Of a DNA stretch of 64,000 nucleotides, positions 24,443-39,274 are shown in pieces. The stretch is taken from NCBI RefSeq assembly GCF_964213995.1, contig NC_135815.1, forward strand, positions 49,786,001 through 49,850,000. The letters are read 5' to 3'. The position numbers were made by a program, and so were the translations under genes. Below the pieces are notes generated by a model. It was not told the origin of the DNA. It ran no database searches and saw nothing but the letters and a program-made list of their open reading frames with translations. Positions within the stretch are counted from its first letter, which is position 1. The number at the start of each line of letters is the position of its first letter. The stretch comes from Mustelus asterias (Eukaryota).

Positions 24443-27400
24443 ATTGGGTATGTAATCACAGCTGTAGAACAGTACACTAACCTCTGCAAGCATGAATTTT
24501 CTAGAACTGATAAACCCAACTGTATGAAAATAACATTGATAGTAAATAAAGCAATATTTTCAAATTAAAAATTACAATCCCATGTAATATCACAAGAATA
24601 GTAAATTTGGCACATATGTCACGTTCAAATGTCATTCTCCAAATGTAAATATGAAGAAACAAGTATCTTTCCAGGAACACAAAATACCAAAATCAGAATG
24701 CCTATAGCCTTTTAACTGTCCTTTGTATGAACTAAAACACAAGTTACTTAACAGTAGTTAGACTTTGGAGGCTTGAAAGAGAATAGACATAGAGCAAGAA
24801 ATAATACACTTCTGTTTTGCAATGTATATTACTTACAAAATAGCACAAAGTTTTGTTTACTGTGAACAAACCAAGGTAAATTTACTTCAATAACAATAAA
24901 TATATCTAGTAGTATTTTGTCCATCACACTTTAGCTGTTGTTCATGTATTTGTGAAGATTTCTGTATCACATTTCCACATCATTACCTAAAATGCAACAA
25001 ATCAGAGGTATGTAGCGATGAGCAGTGCATATGTGAAAATGAATTAAACATATAACTCAAAATTATTCAAAATCCCAATATTGGCAAGAAATCAGTACAT
25101 TTAATTTAGTGGTGAAGAAAAATCTATCAATAAAAGAAAAGCAGGAATTTAATTAATACAATTTTATTTTAAATACAAAAAGAACAACAATTCAACCTCA
25201 GCAGGGCAGAAGACAGATAATAGCCAATCAGCTGCCATTATTTATTTGCCCAATTTTCTTTTCTATTGACTTCAGTTGAAAAGAAAATTAGACGTTGGGT
25301 ACAATGAGCTGCAATCTGCTACCGCACGCCCTGCCAATGGTGAAATTTATGTCTAAAGTCTTTTCAAATATTTTATTTTTCTTAGCAATGATGATATAAT
25401 ACTGTAAAAAGAAAATTTGTAAGACAAAAATGACATTTTATCATTACATAAAGTTACCTATATAATTGACTGGTTTGATCACATTTATTACTGTTTTTAC
25501 TCAGAGACCTTTCTCTCACTAACTCCTAGAGCACTTTTGTTTTTTGTTATACTCAATGTGAAAATAACCAATGCTTCAGCTGATTTATTTATGCAGCTTT
25601 GCTTTCAATGCATCTGTACGCCTGCAGTCAGTAAAAGAAGCACGTTTATTATTATCCAAGAACCAATCAAAAAACTTCACTGACTTAGAGAAAAATTGGG
25701 CAAATTCTGGTGCATTGCCCTGTGGTGAGTTTGATGATGTGGGCATTTAATCAGGTGGGAGGGTGGTAAATAAGAACCCTGCCACCTTCCTGCCTGCGCC
25801 CCAATTAAATCCACAGTCATTCTGCTCCACCATCAATTGAGGCCCTTAAGTGGACAATCAATACTTACTTCAATCAATATCCACTTAAAGGCAGCATCCT
25901 GCCACTGCACTATTAACAGTGAGAAGCTGGGGCGGTTTACCATGTGGGGTGCACGCCAAACTGACTTGCAGCCTCCTGGTTGGGTAGTCGGGGAAAGAGA
26001 GTGGAGACCCTCATTCAAAGGCACAGGGCTTAATCAAGAGACCTAGCATTGGAAAGGAAGGACCGCCACTCTTCCCTTATGCAGACAACTGTCCCCATAA
26101 TCCTCACCCTGCATCCTCTCTTCTGTCCTCTTTTGCCTGTGACTTGGGATCCAGCGCAGCCTGAGGTGGTTCTTGCAGCTCTACAACCTCGCCAGTGGCA
26201 CTATCTTTCAATAGAACTGCTGACCTCTGATTAGGCAGCAGCTATTTGGGCAAGTGGAAGCTCTGTCCCCAGGGTCCTTGATCCCAGGGGAAGATCTGCT
26301 ACTGGTCTGTCATGTTCCTCACTGGAACAAGACATGCTGGACTTCTCAAAAAGGCATTGTGCAATGCTCTTGCAGGCTCTGTTGCCAGTGAATGTAGAGT
26401 TATGCCTTGTGTTAAAGATATTGCCATGTTTATGTGATTATGAATCATTTAAGTACACCTTCATGAAGAACTACATAGTGTTTAAGATGTTAAATCCCAT
26501 CCCACCCCACCCCCATCAGCATTTTAGAGAATCATGACTAATAGAAAAAAATGGATAAATGTGATTCACAGGACCAAATGATAAAGGAGAGTCAATTCAT
26601 GAGATCACGAGCAGATGGCTTGCCACTAAAGAGAAGGCTGGTGCTAATGCAAAAAAAAAGAATTCTAGTGCAAGAACTTTGACAGAAAACTATGCCTTGC
26701 ATATAGCAAAACCTATTGAAGTCCAGTAAAATCACAGTTGGAGAGAAATCAAGGGCCTTGGTACTTCTCGTTGTTCGGGGCTCCTTATTCCCCATAATCA
26801 CCCCTCAACACTTAACCCTCCCCCTCAATCATGCATGATATTTTTCCCTTTTTCATGATTCACCAATCACAGAAATGTTCTAATAATATGATAACACCCA
26901 TTGTTGGCATCTAGTTAAAAATATCATCCAGTATAGATGCTGCATAAGTCATTAATATAAAGAGGAGCAACACTATAATGTGGTGTTAATTTGTGTGCAC
27001 ACAATATCAAACAATGCTGTTAATTTAACAGATTAAAAAACCTATTAGTTAATAACACCAATTTTGATGACAACCTCAGCCCTCATTCTGCAAATCGCAC
27101 CATATGAACACGGGGACAAATTCATATTTGGGGGAGAGATTCAATAATTGCAACCCAGATAAACAGCACAAGATCTTTGCCATTCTGAAGAAGAATTAGA
27201 AGACTTTCCCTGCCTGGGTGTATGATATTTTTCAATATCACTATTTCATTCTATCGTGTGAGATTACTATGATCAAATGACTCCTAAACAACAAAGTAGA
27301 ATAATTTAATGACATAGGTCCTCACTGTCAGTGAGAAGCATTGGAATCCTCAGGTGTTTCTGAGAGACACAACTTTTAAGAGCTCAGATGACAAAGATTG

Positions 27401-29759
27401 AATGGTTCATAATACAACTTTTCACGATATTTAATTATTCAAAAAGATCATGAAATCTCCAAGATAGAGTGGCATAATAGGTAAGTGGGCAAAAGGGTTG
27501 AAATCAATAGGAAGTACTCTTGAGAATCATTTGCAAGATAAAACAGGTTACTAGTATACCACGAGCTTAAAAGCACTCCTGTCCTGGCAATTTCACTCCA
27601 CAAAGCCTGCTCACAGTAACTTTCCATCAGCCACAAAATAAACAGAACTCCAGCATGACTCCATCCACTGTTCGCAAGATAATTATGAAAGATGAAGGTC
27701 ATTGGCCCAGCTCATCTCATCCATCTAGAATGACATATTAACATATGTATTAGGAACAGAAGTAAGCCATTCAGCACCTCACCTATTCTGCTATTTGTTA
27801 ACAATGCCTACATTATACCATTGACTGCAATTCAAAAGTATTTAATTCGCTGAAAAATGATTTGAGGCAACATTAAAGGTGCTGTATAAATGTAAGTTTT
27901 GTCTTTCATCACATCTGCATGCAGTACAGATAATGACTGTAACAGTGTTGAAATTGGAGGCCCAATGCTGATTCTCTACGGATAATCAAAGAATTTGATA
28001 CATTTACAAAGCAATTCAACTTTGTAGCTAATGCACCGTACCATTTTGATTTCTCTGGCACCAACCAACAATATACTATAAATGGCATCTGCTCCTTTTA
28101 CGTTAATGACACTATCCCAAAGATTTGTCAGACATCTACCAGTATCTCAGGAAAAATGTAGATCGAATTGTTGATCTGAATTTTTCAGAGTGGAATGATT
28201 AATGATATGGCCTTAACTCGCGAGCTAGATTGTTTCCCCGTCCACCAGAAGCTGTCATACAAATTGTGTTGTACACTGTGAATTTACTGTTTAAAATGGA
28301 AAAATGTAATTAATAAATAAGAAACTAACAGCAAGAGTACCACCCCACCTCCCAACCTCCCTCCAACACAACCAATCCTTCCAACACATTCACATACCCC
28401 ACCCCTCCAACATCCCCAACCTACCCTTACCCCATCCTCCCCAAGAGTTCCCAATCCCACCAACACCCAACCTCCTTCCCCCCCCCCCCCCCCCCCCCCA
28501 TCCCTCCAACACCCTTTAACCTCTCTTAATCATCTACCCTTCTCCCTTCAGCATCTAATTGGCTCTACACAAGAGATTTCACTTAACCATTTTTCAAGCA
28601 AGAACTCTCTATCAGTTGCTGTGCTGTTGCTGCTGATCTTTGACCAGCTTTTTTGGTTTCCTGGTGGGCTTTTAAAAAGAAAAATCAGAATCACAAAACT
28701 GTCCAATGATTGGGAACAACAGCACAGTAACTAGTGAAACTGACCTGAAAGACTGACTTGGAACTGTCAGCCTAAAAGTTCTTGGGGTGGGGAGGGAGCG
28801 GTGGCATCTTATCAGACTGGCAAGATCATAAGAGAAGCAAAAAACTAGGTTCATGCCCTGTTTCTTACCTCTCGCGATATTACTGACCCCAATCCATTTG
28901 CGGAATCAGCCTTGTGCCTTGGACCGATTATAATATTCATCTCATTTTAACGTGATTAGTTAGCCCAGAACTCATCCCCAGCAATGGGGACCAGACAGGA
29001 TGGCCTCGCAAATGGGATCGGAGGCCATTGAGATCCCTGGTATAGACAGGGGTAGACAGCCAGCTTGGCACCCTAGCTGTGCCCACCAGGCAGTACCAAG
29101 GGGCAGGGCCTAAGGGGAGGCGGTGGGGTCTGAAGGAGAGGCAGCACTGGGGGCTGTGACTCTTGACACAGTGCACTGGGAGATCAGGGTGCATACGCAA
29201 TAGCACCCTCTAGCAGCCAGCTTCCTGGCATGAATAGATTCCATCCACTCCCTTTACTGACGAGAATCACACTTTACCTTTTTTTTCCTAAGTGTCGTAA
29301 GATTTGATTTTTTTTCCCTTGCTGAAAAAGGTGGTCTGAAACGCAACCATTTTCGCGCTCATTTGGCACTTTGAATTTTTTTTGTAAGATAGTCTCCATG
29401 ATGTTTTTTAAAGTCAGTCTTTCAGGTCCACAGCTCTGCCTCTGTCTGCACAAATCTAGGGACAAGAAACTTAATTTCGAGCAACAAGCCTGCCCCCGGC
29501 CCTTCCCCAAGACCCCAGGTCGTGATATTTGGCAATGCCTGCCCCCATTTGCTGGGTCCTGAGTGACATAGGACATTTTACCAAGTGCTGCAGGTGTCAG
29601 ATATCAAATATTAATAACATTTGAGGCTGACATTTTAATAACTGTTAGCACGTGGAGTAAGGGATAAATGGAAATTTATCAGATGTCAATAACACTGAAG
29701 TTACCTTTGAACTTAATTTTAGGAGTATAGGTAAAAGTGCGAACACAAAATTTGCTGCA

Positions 29760-30000
29760 GATGCAAGATAATTAAATTTTGAAGTTAGCATATAGATAAA
29801 TTCTTTACTCAAAAAGTGTGATGAGAATGAGGAACACTGCATGAAGCTTATAGTTTAAATGAATTTATGGGGAAGCTGGACAAGCATATGACAGAGGATT
29901 ACGATGATAGGTTTGGATGAGGAAAGATGGGAGGAGCTGTGAATGGAGCATAAATCCCAACATGGACTGGTTGGGCTGAACAGCCTGTTTATATGCATAT
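29760..30000 (+). mobile_element. Old CR1 3' end
   Basis: ttctttactc..gggaagctggacaagcatatg..catggactggttgggctgaacagcctgttt. Confidence 0.6.
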
Positions 30001-33000
30001 ATCCTGTGAAAGGTCAGTGCTTAGAAACAGTGAAGTACAACAAAGTGTGTAAAGAAAAGTTTATTATCCTGGGGATGTACAATTTTAGATTTGCATGTGG
30101 CAAATGTAAGCTTATAAATTGAATTTACTGAGTGCGATGGGGATCTTGCCCACCAATGGGAGCCCTGCATTGCTTCTCTCAGATGAAATTACAAAGTAAT
30201 CAATGTAATCAAGCACTTATTTGGACAGTGTCAGGTCTCCCACTCGATTAAACATCCAGAAGGATAGAAATTAATTGATTCACTAGTTATGGCTGAGTGT
30301 GGACAGGATTAGGGTTTGCAGGGATGGGTTGTTAGTGAGGGGGTTGGTGATTTTAATAGGCATCTTCTTCCCGATGCTGGATCCCTTGATTAGGCAGAGT
30401 CTCACCTGGAGCTCGATCGGGGGAAATCAGGAAGGCAACGGGGTCACCACCCATACCCTCCACTTCAGCTGAATCAAACGGCTCCCCACCTCTGAACTTG
30501 CCAGGGGGAGAAACATTAAATTCCACCCAATACTGAATGTTAAGGCATCCATGCGGAGTGCTGCTATACCACACACACACACGATTAGAATTCTCCAGCA
30601 GGTAAATATAATGGAGTTGTTGAGAAACGTACTCAACCAATACAACGTGCAATGGTCTGATTTTCACTAATTTTGCCTATGAGGTGGGTGTTTCACTCTG
30701 GCATCAACCTTGCAAATATGTAGGATGGCCCTGAAATTGGGATGGATCCCCTGCTGGCTCAAGTCAATTATTACTCTTGTCCTGTACACATGGAAACAAT
30801 TCCCATCTGGGAGTCCAAAACTGGCCCCTACTTTGAGATGGTAACCTGTAGTTTTCACTTAAAATAATCCACCTCTCTGTAGTTTCCTCTTTCCAATCAG
30901 CCAACTCTGATTTTGATTCTTGTTTTGCCTTCTGTGATTTATTATTATAGCTATTTCTATTATAATTGCTCTCTAATTTTGTTACCCAAAACTAAGTCCA
31001 GTTTTACAGCATCTATTATATAGCATGTTAGATACCAATTCAAAAACATATTCTTCACAGCATTCTCAATATTTCTCTTAATTTAACCCCCATTATATTT
31101 ATTCCCAATAAGTTCACAATTTCTTTCAATTTTGTAGGATGTAAATGATAGTATATTTTGTAGCATGACCTTCATTTACCCTTTAGCTTAACACAGGGAT
31201 TATCAGCAAATTATTACTTGCAATATATTTCCTTTCTATTGTTGAATTATTTCCTTACAAAGTAATGCTACACTTCTCCATTTTTGCTCAAACCTCTTCA
31301 AAAAGTGATATAGCTTAAAATGCTTAGTCTATATGCAACATGTGAACCCAGATTTCAGTTAAAGCAACAAAATCATGTTTTATGCGGTTGTTGCTTCTAA
31401 TTCCCTTGATTTTATTTTATAATACTTACACTTTTTAGCTCTTCTCATTGCTATTTGTAACTTCTATTCATTCTCTGCTTCATTTTTCACTCCGAAATAC
31501 TTCTTGTTTGTTCTTCTTATGCCTACTGTACAAGTCACATTATCAGCTCATCTGACCATTTAAAAATTATTTTATGGGATGTGAGCCAACATTTATTGCC
31601 CATCCCTAATTGTCCTTGAGATGCTGGTGGTGAGCTCACTTCTTGAATAGCTGCAGTCCATGTGGCGTAGGATCACCCAAGGTGCTGTTAGGAAGGGAAT
31701 TCCAGGATTTTGACTCAGCAACAGTGATAGTATATGTGGCTTGGAGGGGAACTTTCAGGCGTTGTTGTTCCCATGTATCTGCTGCCTTTATCCTTCCACG
31801 TGGTATGGTCGTATGATTGGAAGAAACTTTCAAGTGTTATCTGGCTTTGTCATTTCTCCTATTGTTTGAAAGTTCTCTCTTACATCCTTTCTTGTTGGAA
31901 TTTTTATAGCCTGAACATTCCTAGCTCATGATCTCCCTTGCCATTCAAATTATATCCTTCATAATTAATCCTCTCGGAGAATAATCATGCAATTTCAAGA
32001 TAAAATGAAGTATCTAATTTCCATCATTTCTAGGTTGTGCCTCGATGCTCCCTAAATCTGAAAACTTCCCATCTGCTGTGTTCTTAAGCCTTTAATTTTC
32101 CTCTACGTAGGTAGCTCAGCCTGGGCTAAACACTGTAGTACAAAGGTCTGGCACATATAAGGTTAATGTGGGACTGAGTATAGTATGGTTCAAACATGAC
32201 CTGCACCCAGATCAGTCTACTGTTGGACAGAGCCTATGTACTAGCAAACATGTTGACACCTCCTAGCTTGTATCCTTTGGTGTATATTTGTAAATAATTC
32301 TCTAAGACTCAATAAAAACTTAGTTAACCTACATATGACTACGAAGACTTCTTCAGACCTAATGAACTGTAACCAACACCTTACAACATGGTAGGAGGTT
32401 GTGGAAAAACCCAAAATCTCACAAAAACTAAAATGCTGGAGGACCGAGGAAAAATTCAGCAAAACAGTCTGACCTGAAAAGAAGCTCCAGAAGCAGAGAG
32501 ACAGAGGCAAAATCATCAGCAAGAAAACTCCAAAGAAAGCATTGGGAGCTGGAGGCAGAAAGTTAAAATCCCTTATTGCAGCAGAACGCTCTATTGAATC
32601 TCCTTTGGAAGACCAGCTTCTAATCCCAGACACCTAGCAGGGTTAAGCTGAATCTTTTAAAACTCCAGGCTACAGCAAGTCCTGAGAAATCTTTAAATAA
32701 TTCAGAGTCAGAACTGCAGTTTGAAGAAAACCATCATTAAAGTCAGATCCCCGCGTCGGCGTCTGAAAATGTGGCATCAAAGCTTGCTCTGAAACAACAT
32801 AATCTGGGAGAATCATGATTTCTAAACTCAGCTGACAGAAAACAAAACCAGGATTCGGCAATTTGTGTCTTTAAAATAAAACGCTGAGCAAGAGATCTCT
32901 GCAGGCAGTCGATCCAGGCATTGGTTGTTGAATTTTTTTTTCAAGCAGAGTGCAATCACCATTATAGTGAGCCTGCCAAAACCAACAAGCGTGGGAAAGC

Positions 33001-34389
33001 CCTTTGTCTCCAAGCGATGCCATCTTGAATTTCAGAAAGCTCTTAAAGCAGAACCTACTCTTTAAAAATTTAACCATTGATCACTTCAGACTAGTCCAAG
33101 GTTCAGATCAGTCATATAATTGGTGACTTTTGAGAAAAAGATTCCTTGGACACAATATCACTGAGTTTAGATAAAAATTCGGAAGCAGAGCAGGTTTACA
33201 CACTGCTTTACCTAGTAGACCTGATTGCAGACAGCATTATTGCAAGATAGGGAATCAACAAATCATCTGTTAAATTTGAAGAAGTACTAAATCAAATTTA
33301 TTTTAATCGAAGGAAAAATAAAACATTTGAAAGAGCTAAATTTAACAAGTGAACCCAGCAGCTAGGAGAACCTGTTGATTCATTCATTAATAATCTGTAC
33401 AGGATGGCAGAAGGTTGTGACTATGGGGACTTAAAATTTAAACTCAAAGACAAAATAGTGGGTGACACACTCTCTGACCTCATGTAATCAAAAGGAAGAT
33501 CTAACCCTGGAAAAAGCAATCCAAATAGTTAGACAATTAGAGCTCCATGAACAGCATAGCCCATTTTAAGGGAAGAAAATACGGTGCAGAGGCCAACCCA
33601 TAGTTCAGCTAGTTAAGCAACAATGACATAGGGACAGTCAAGGCCAGGAAAAGCAATACCTGGGCTGACCAACAGAATGACCATGCCAATACTATGGAGC
33701 AAAGCGCCTCCACATGCAAGATTGACGTCCTGCAATTTTTGCGCAATGCTTTCAGTGCAACAGGATTGAATACTATGTGCAAAACAAAAACAATGCACAG
33801 AAAGCCCAAAGATTATCCACAAGGTCAAGACAGCAAGCCCTGAAGACAGACAGCCATGCTTCCTGGGTGAGGGCCAAGAACTCAGATTCTCATTTTGGAA
33901 TGAGGACATTTCCATCAATGACCATTTCACAAATTTTAAGTTAGACACAGGAACCACCAGAACAGTTCTGTTGGACTGAGAACCGTGGCTGAAAGACTTC
34001 TGGCTTCAAACAACAGACACGCCACTCAATGGTCCGGAGGAATCCAACTTCCGGTCATAGGCATGATCCTGGAACCACTAAGGTACAGTATCCAGACTGG
34101 GACTTCAGCTCTGAACTGGTGTCTCTCTTTGTGGACCAGGGTTGTCCATTCTCATTACAGGTGCTGAAAAACCTTCAACCAGTCAATCATTGAGGAGATA
34201 ACCACAACACCTCCAAGGAGGATGTAAAAGAGAGTGACCAGTACTCTAATGAGCCACAACCTCCAACGATGTTACAGCAGGTCAACACTACAACCACTCA
34301 ACTCCCAACCAGTACGCCAAAACCATAAAAGATGCTGAAACCTGGTAGCCGCTGCCCACTGCCAACAGCGAAACAGAGGTTAGTGTGCC

Positions 34390-35901
34390 TGTTGAGTTCC
34401 TATGACATGGAAAGAAACCCACCACTATATACTTGAAAACTTTATTGCCAGCTGAAACAAAGAAAATTAAGGCTTCTAAATCACATGATCAGAGGGTTAG
34501 CCCTATGTTTGGGAACTATCTCCAGGACTTTAAAGGACAAAAAAAATATTTTCTCAGTTTTGGAAATTCATATCTCATTATGCCTAGAGAGCTACGAATA
34601 GACACATATCACACCTAGGACTGTTCAGACTAATTTCAAAGGAAACTACAGGGTTGTTATTTGCATTGTGACCCTTAGGGAGTATGAGGATGTTTTAGGG
34701 TGGGGATGGGATTTCAATGGCGTGCAAGGCCTCCTGCCTTCATGGTCAAAAAGCCGCCATGATTTATGAATGTTGGACATTTGGACTAGGCGCTCTTTAA
34801 TGCTGTGTTTTCAGGAAGGGTTGGGGGTGGGATATGGAGAGGATGGTGAAGATTATGGTGGCACTTCTTTAGCTCCATTCATTACAGTGTGTGGAACTTG
34901 CTATCATGTGGAATAATTGAAGTGAAAAACTTCAGGTTCATTTGAAGGAAAAGGACTTGAGGGTAAAGGAATAGGGTTCGATGGAAATCAGTAGAAGGCG
35001 GCTCATGTGTAGCATAAAACACTAGCATAGAGCATTTGAGCCATGGCTTTTTTCAGTGCTGTTAATTCTGCATAAAAGCCAACCTTGCTAGCAGAGTCAG
35101 TGGTTCTGCTGAGACAATGGCCTCCCAAACACCAAGCCCTCAACATCGATTGCACTCCTTTTAACAACTTATGTCTGAGACATTAGCAGTCCTGAAACCA
35201 CATCCAATTCCAGACCCTGGATAAACATCCCTTTTGAAGTCATTGTCGAGAAGGAAGGACACATGATTCAAGCCTCCAGCCTTTTGGACAGTTTAATATT
35301 ACATCTCTGGTCTTCACAGCTAGACTGCTATTTTAACATCAATTGGACAGTACTCCAGCAACCAGGTTGGGTAAGCAGTCTCAACTCCACAAAGTCTACT
35401 TGATTTTTAAAAGTGTCTGATCCACCCTGGCCAAGTGGTCTAAGCACAGAAACGCCCCTCTTGCAGCAGCATTGTTTGTTTCAAGAATTTATTTTATTTA
35501 ACCAATCAGAAACTCATCAGAACAGAACCCAACCTCTGGACTATGGACCTCACATGAACTAATATTCACTTGTTTTTTTGGGGGGGGGGGGGGGTCTTTA
35601 ATAAGAAAACTTATTTTCTCTATCTCCCCCCACCACTTTTACTGTGTGAACGTGTGGAGTGGAAGGTGATTCAAAACTTTTTTTATCTCCGGGTTTTGAA
35701 TGTATAAAATAAACCAATCTTCTGTGTTAATCCTAACTTGAGTTTGCTGCTGATTATTAGTAAAATTGGATCACAAATCCAAGGGTATTGGAAAACGCAT
35801 CACTGCCTATTCTTTTAAAAACGAATTCAAAATACTACCTGTCCCTAAGTAGAAGGTAAGAGGAAATCAGTGCAATATGAACTATCCTTCTGTCCATAAC
35901 A
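34390..35901 (+). mobile_element. LTR-like insertion nested in the Gypsy element, 5-bp TSD
   Basis: TGTTGA...ATAACA termini; GTGCC at 34385-34389 and 35902-35906; AATAAA near 35708; contains an old CR1 3' fragment (about 34870-35070). Confidence 0.65.
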
Positions 35902-36547
35902 GTGCCACTCAATCTCATTCTAGTCAGAGGAATGGGCATCCTCTGCCACAGAGGACATTGCCATGGCCCACACAATGATGGAAGAAGCAAAAAAAAACAA
36001 GGAGACAAATACAGTGTTCACTCACCCCGCAATAAACGACTCAGGGTAGCCACCCCTAACGAGCACAGCAGCCAAACTGACCAAATGCAGTTCAACACGA
36101 AAGAAAAGGATGAAACCATAACCCAGATGCCAGATCAACCTCCAAGCCTACAGAAAGAACCGGCAGCAAGAGAGCCTACGATGACTCTGACAATAGCGCA
36201 AATTAATATGGAAAGGTCAAAGGCCTCTGGACCGCCTTAACCTTTGAATTCAAGGACTTGAAGGAGGGAGATGGAGTAGTGATAACCATATAAACGTATG
36301 ATAATAATATTGTATGGTAAACTATAATCATTTAAAATACATTGGATAGATAAAGACTTGGGGGGTGGGGGGAATACCATATCAAGGTCTGGCACATTAG
36401 GTTTAATGTGGGACTGCATGCAATATTGCTCACACAGTGATGTAAGAGAGCACATTACACACACCCAGGATAAATCTAGTGTTCAACAGAGCCAAGTGTA
36501 CCAACAAGCATGGAGACAGCTCTTAGCTTGTACCCTAAGAGTCCATA

Positions 36548-36742
36548 TGAAACCATAGAATCCCTACAGTGCAGAAGGAGCCCATTTGGCCTATTTAGTC
36601 TGCACTGAGTCTCCGAAGCAGCATCTTACCCAGGTCCACACCCCCACCACCCTATCCATGTAACCCCTTGCATTGCTAATCCATCTACCTACAGCTTTGG
36701 ACACCAAGGGGCAATTTAGCATGGCCAATCACATCTTGGGAC
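36548..36742 (-). mobile_element. SINE fragment with CR1-like tail (HE1-type)
   Basis: catagaatccctacagtgcagaagg tail and ggggcaatttagcatggccaatc body; interrupts the 3' LTR. Confidence 0.65.
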
Positions 36743-37039
36743 TCTCAGTTAAGCTAATTATGACTAAGATGATTTCTTCAGACTCACCAAACTGTAACCA
36801 ATACCTTACGTTGGGAAATTGGGATCTAAATTGGATAGCCCTCAAAACAGGTGAAGGGTTCATTATATATGAATTGAATTATAGCTAACAAATCAACTTT
36901 GTGTTCCATGGTCATCAGCATGATCTTTGCAGTCAGCACTATTGATTGGCCTCATGCATCACCTCATTGTGGCTGCAGCGAGTGCTGGGTCTTGTGGGAA
37001 GTGGATCTGTCCTGTGAAACATAGGGGAAATGACAAAAC

Positions 37040-37680
37040 ATGGGAGGAAATGAGTTCCAAGGTTTTTGGACATTGTATTAGTGTGAGAAATGGAGAGGAG
37101 GAGAGATACCCTGTACCCACGGGAGAGCTGAAGGCATTCAAGATACTAGCCCAAGGACAGTGAGAGAAAATAGCCATGGAGGTCAATACCAGGAGTCACG
37201 TTCAGAGGACCTGGAAGTGGTGACACAATAAGTTCAGTGGCTTCACACAAGTGATCAAGGTTAGTGAACATAAATTCAAATGTCATATCCTACTAACTGC
37301 ACCTTTAACCTCAGCCACTGCTCTGTACACTACAGCTCCTATTACTCACCTACCAACAATATTATCTAGAATTCATACTAGATTCATTGCACCCTCTCAA
37401 CTTAGCACTACTGAAAGGCTCACCCACATCTTTCCAGTTGCTCACGTTACCAGCTATTCAATCATGACCCAAACATGTTTGCACAACAGTAACTGATAAT
37501 CTTTCCTCTCTCTTGTAGGACAAGGGAACCATAGGTAGCAGGAATTAATTTGGGGGGACAGGTGCAGTTGCAAGTTCTAACCCCAGTGGAGCAGATGATT
37601 CTGGTTGCTATTGAAATAGCTGTTGCTGAGGTCATGACCAGTAGTAGAGGTGAAATCTCTGAGAATGATGGTATCCTCAT
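37040..37680 (+). mobile_element. Harbinger Myb/SANT-like ORF2 remnant retaining an intron
   Basis: Degenerate coding blocks separated by gttagt (37260) ... tctcttgtag (37519); second block GGQVQLQVLTPVEQ. Confidence 0.5.
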
Positions 37681-38294
37681 AACTAGACCTCTTCCTCCCA
37701 TCCGACAATCCCCTCATCCCGCATTCTCTGAGACAGTGCATTGATGAGTCCAAAATGGGATCGCTAGTGTCAAATCTGCACAACATGCTGATAGATGTCA
37801 TGACCTGCCTGCTTTACATGCATTTAGTGGATTATTACCACCATGCACTAACACCTTCACCAAAATGTCACCTAACAGTATTCATGGCAAAAGTGTGTAC
37901 AAATGCATCAGACACTTTTTTCATTCATGAATGGCACACATTGTGCCCAAACAGTGAGTACTAGCAAACCCAATTTTGTACTCTGGAAGGTCATATGAGC
38001 TTATTACCTTTCAAATTTTATTCTTTATCTTACATCCTAGCATTTCAAACACACACTGCAAAACATTTATTATGTTTTTATTTATATCATTGGCTCTGAC
38101 ATAAACCATGACTTCTAGATGATAATACTTCTTTCCAAAAAAATTTCAACCTGCTCTAGTATGTTCCTTGCACTGTCATTTGGAAAGCAACATGCCATTC
38201 TGGACTCCTGATTACAGCTTCAAAAACAATGTTTATTTCCTTATTTCCAAATACCATTTACAGTGACTTAGTATATAGATTGCTGTAAGAGAAA

Positions 38295-38640
38295 GGACTT
38301 GCTTTTATATAGTGCCTGTCATGACCTCAGGATGTCCCAACATGTTTGAACCAATGAAGTATTTTGCAATATATTCACTGTTCTGAGGTGGGGAACTATG
38401 ACAGCCAATATGCACACAAGATGATCTCAGAAACATGAAATAACCAGATTTTTTTGTGATGTTGGTGAAGGATTAATATAGGCCAGGATACTAAGAGAAC
38501 TTCCTTGTTCCTGCTTCAAATGATGGAATGGGATTTTTTCCCTCTCACAGAAAGGGTCTCAGTTTAATGTCTCATCTGAAAGACGGAACCTCCAACTGTG
38601 CAGACTCCCTCAGTACTGCATTAAAGCATCAGTTTTAAAT
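38295..38640 (-). mobile_element. Ancient SINE (Deu/SacSINE-like)
   Basis: ttatatagtgcc..gacctcaggatgtccc tail and cagtttaatgtctcatctgaaagac..cagtactgca core, recognised from memory. Confidence 0.55.
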
Positions 38641-39253
38641 TCTGTTCAATTTCTCAATAACCCCTGTTCAAATCTTAAAATGTTCAAGATATTTAACAAT
38701 GTCAATACCATCCCTTTAAGTATGCCATAAAATAAAACATTGTAACTACTGACCTCAGGAGATTGCAAGATTGCGTTAAACTGCTCATTTGATTCTTTAA
38801 TTTAGGTGAACAAAAGGAGATATAAAATAATGTTGTCATTTTTACTGGTCTTCAAATATAGCTCAGTATTCTTATTGTATTAGTGGTCAGTTTCCATTTG
38901 TACTGTTAAGTACAAGAAATTATTTACTTAGTGTGATAATTACTGTTTACGAGTGGAATAAGTACCTTATAATCTAAACCTCGTAAAATAAGTGACAATG
39001 ATTTAAATTGTGGTACATTTAACAGTCTAGTTTAGGTAATAAAGTTTTATCAATGTAATAATGAGTCATAATTGTATTTTAGCTTCAAATCAGAATTTTG
39101 CTTTTCTTAAAAACACATTTTACTTCATGTCCATTTTGCATGTTTAATTTATCAGTATTTCTCCTCTGATACTGTTGTATGATGCCTCAGGATCAGAGAT
39201 ATAATTTATCTAGGCTCAATATGTCCTCATTTGCAATTGCTATCTCAATGCAG

Positions 39254-39274
39254 GTGATATTACAGACACAACAG
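39254..39274 (+). CDS. EML6: EML6 21-nt microexon, GDITDTT(G)
   Basis: ttgcaattgctatctcaatgcag|GTGATATTACAGACACAACAG|gtaagg. Phase 1/1; same position and length as the recalled EML5 insert GDSADMSA. Confidence 0.82.

Larger units (their letters stand above)
32134..36810 (+). mobile_element. Degenerate Ty3/Gypsy-like LTR retrotransposon with internal deletion
   Basis: 5' LTR 32134-32388 (TGTAG..CAACA) followed by PBS-like TGGTAGGAGG; protease motif FKLDTG at 33935-33952; G-rich PPT at 36360-36372; homologous 3' LTR about 36375-36810 split by a SINE. Confidence 0.75.

Noticed and set aside
24129-35594. Long poly-G or poly-C runs near 24129, 28477 and 35581 as G-quadruplex elements
   Set aside because: Homopolymers inside repeats or low-complexity DNA, with unreliable lengths and no sign of function.
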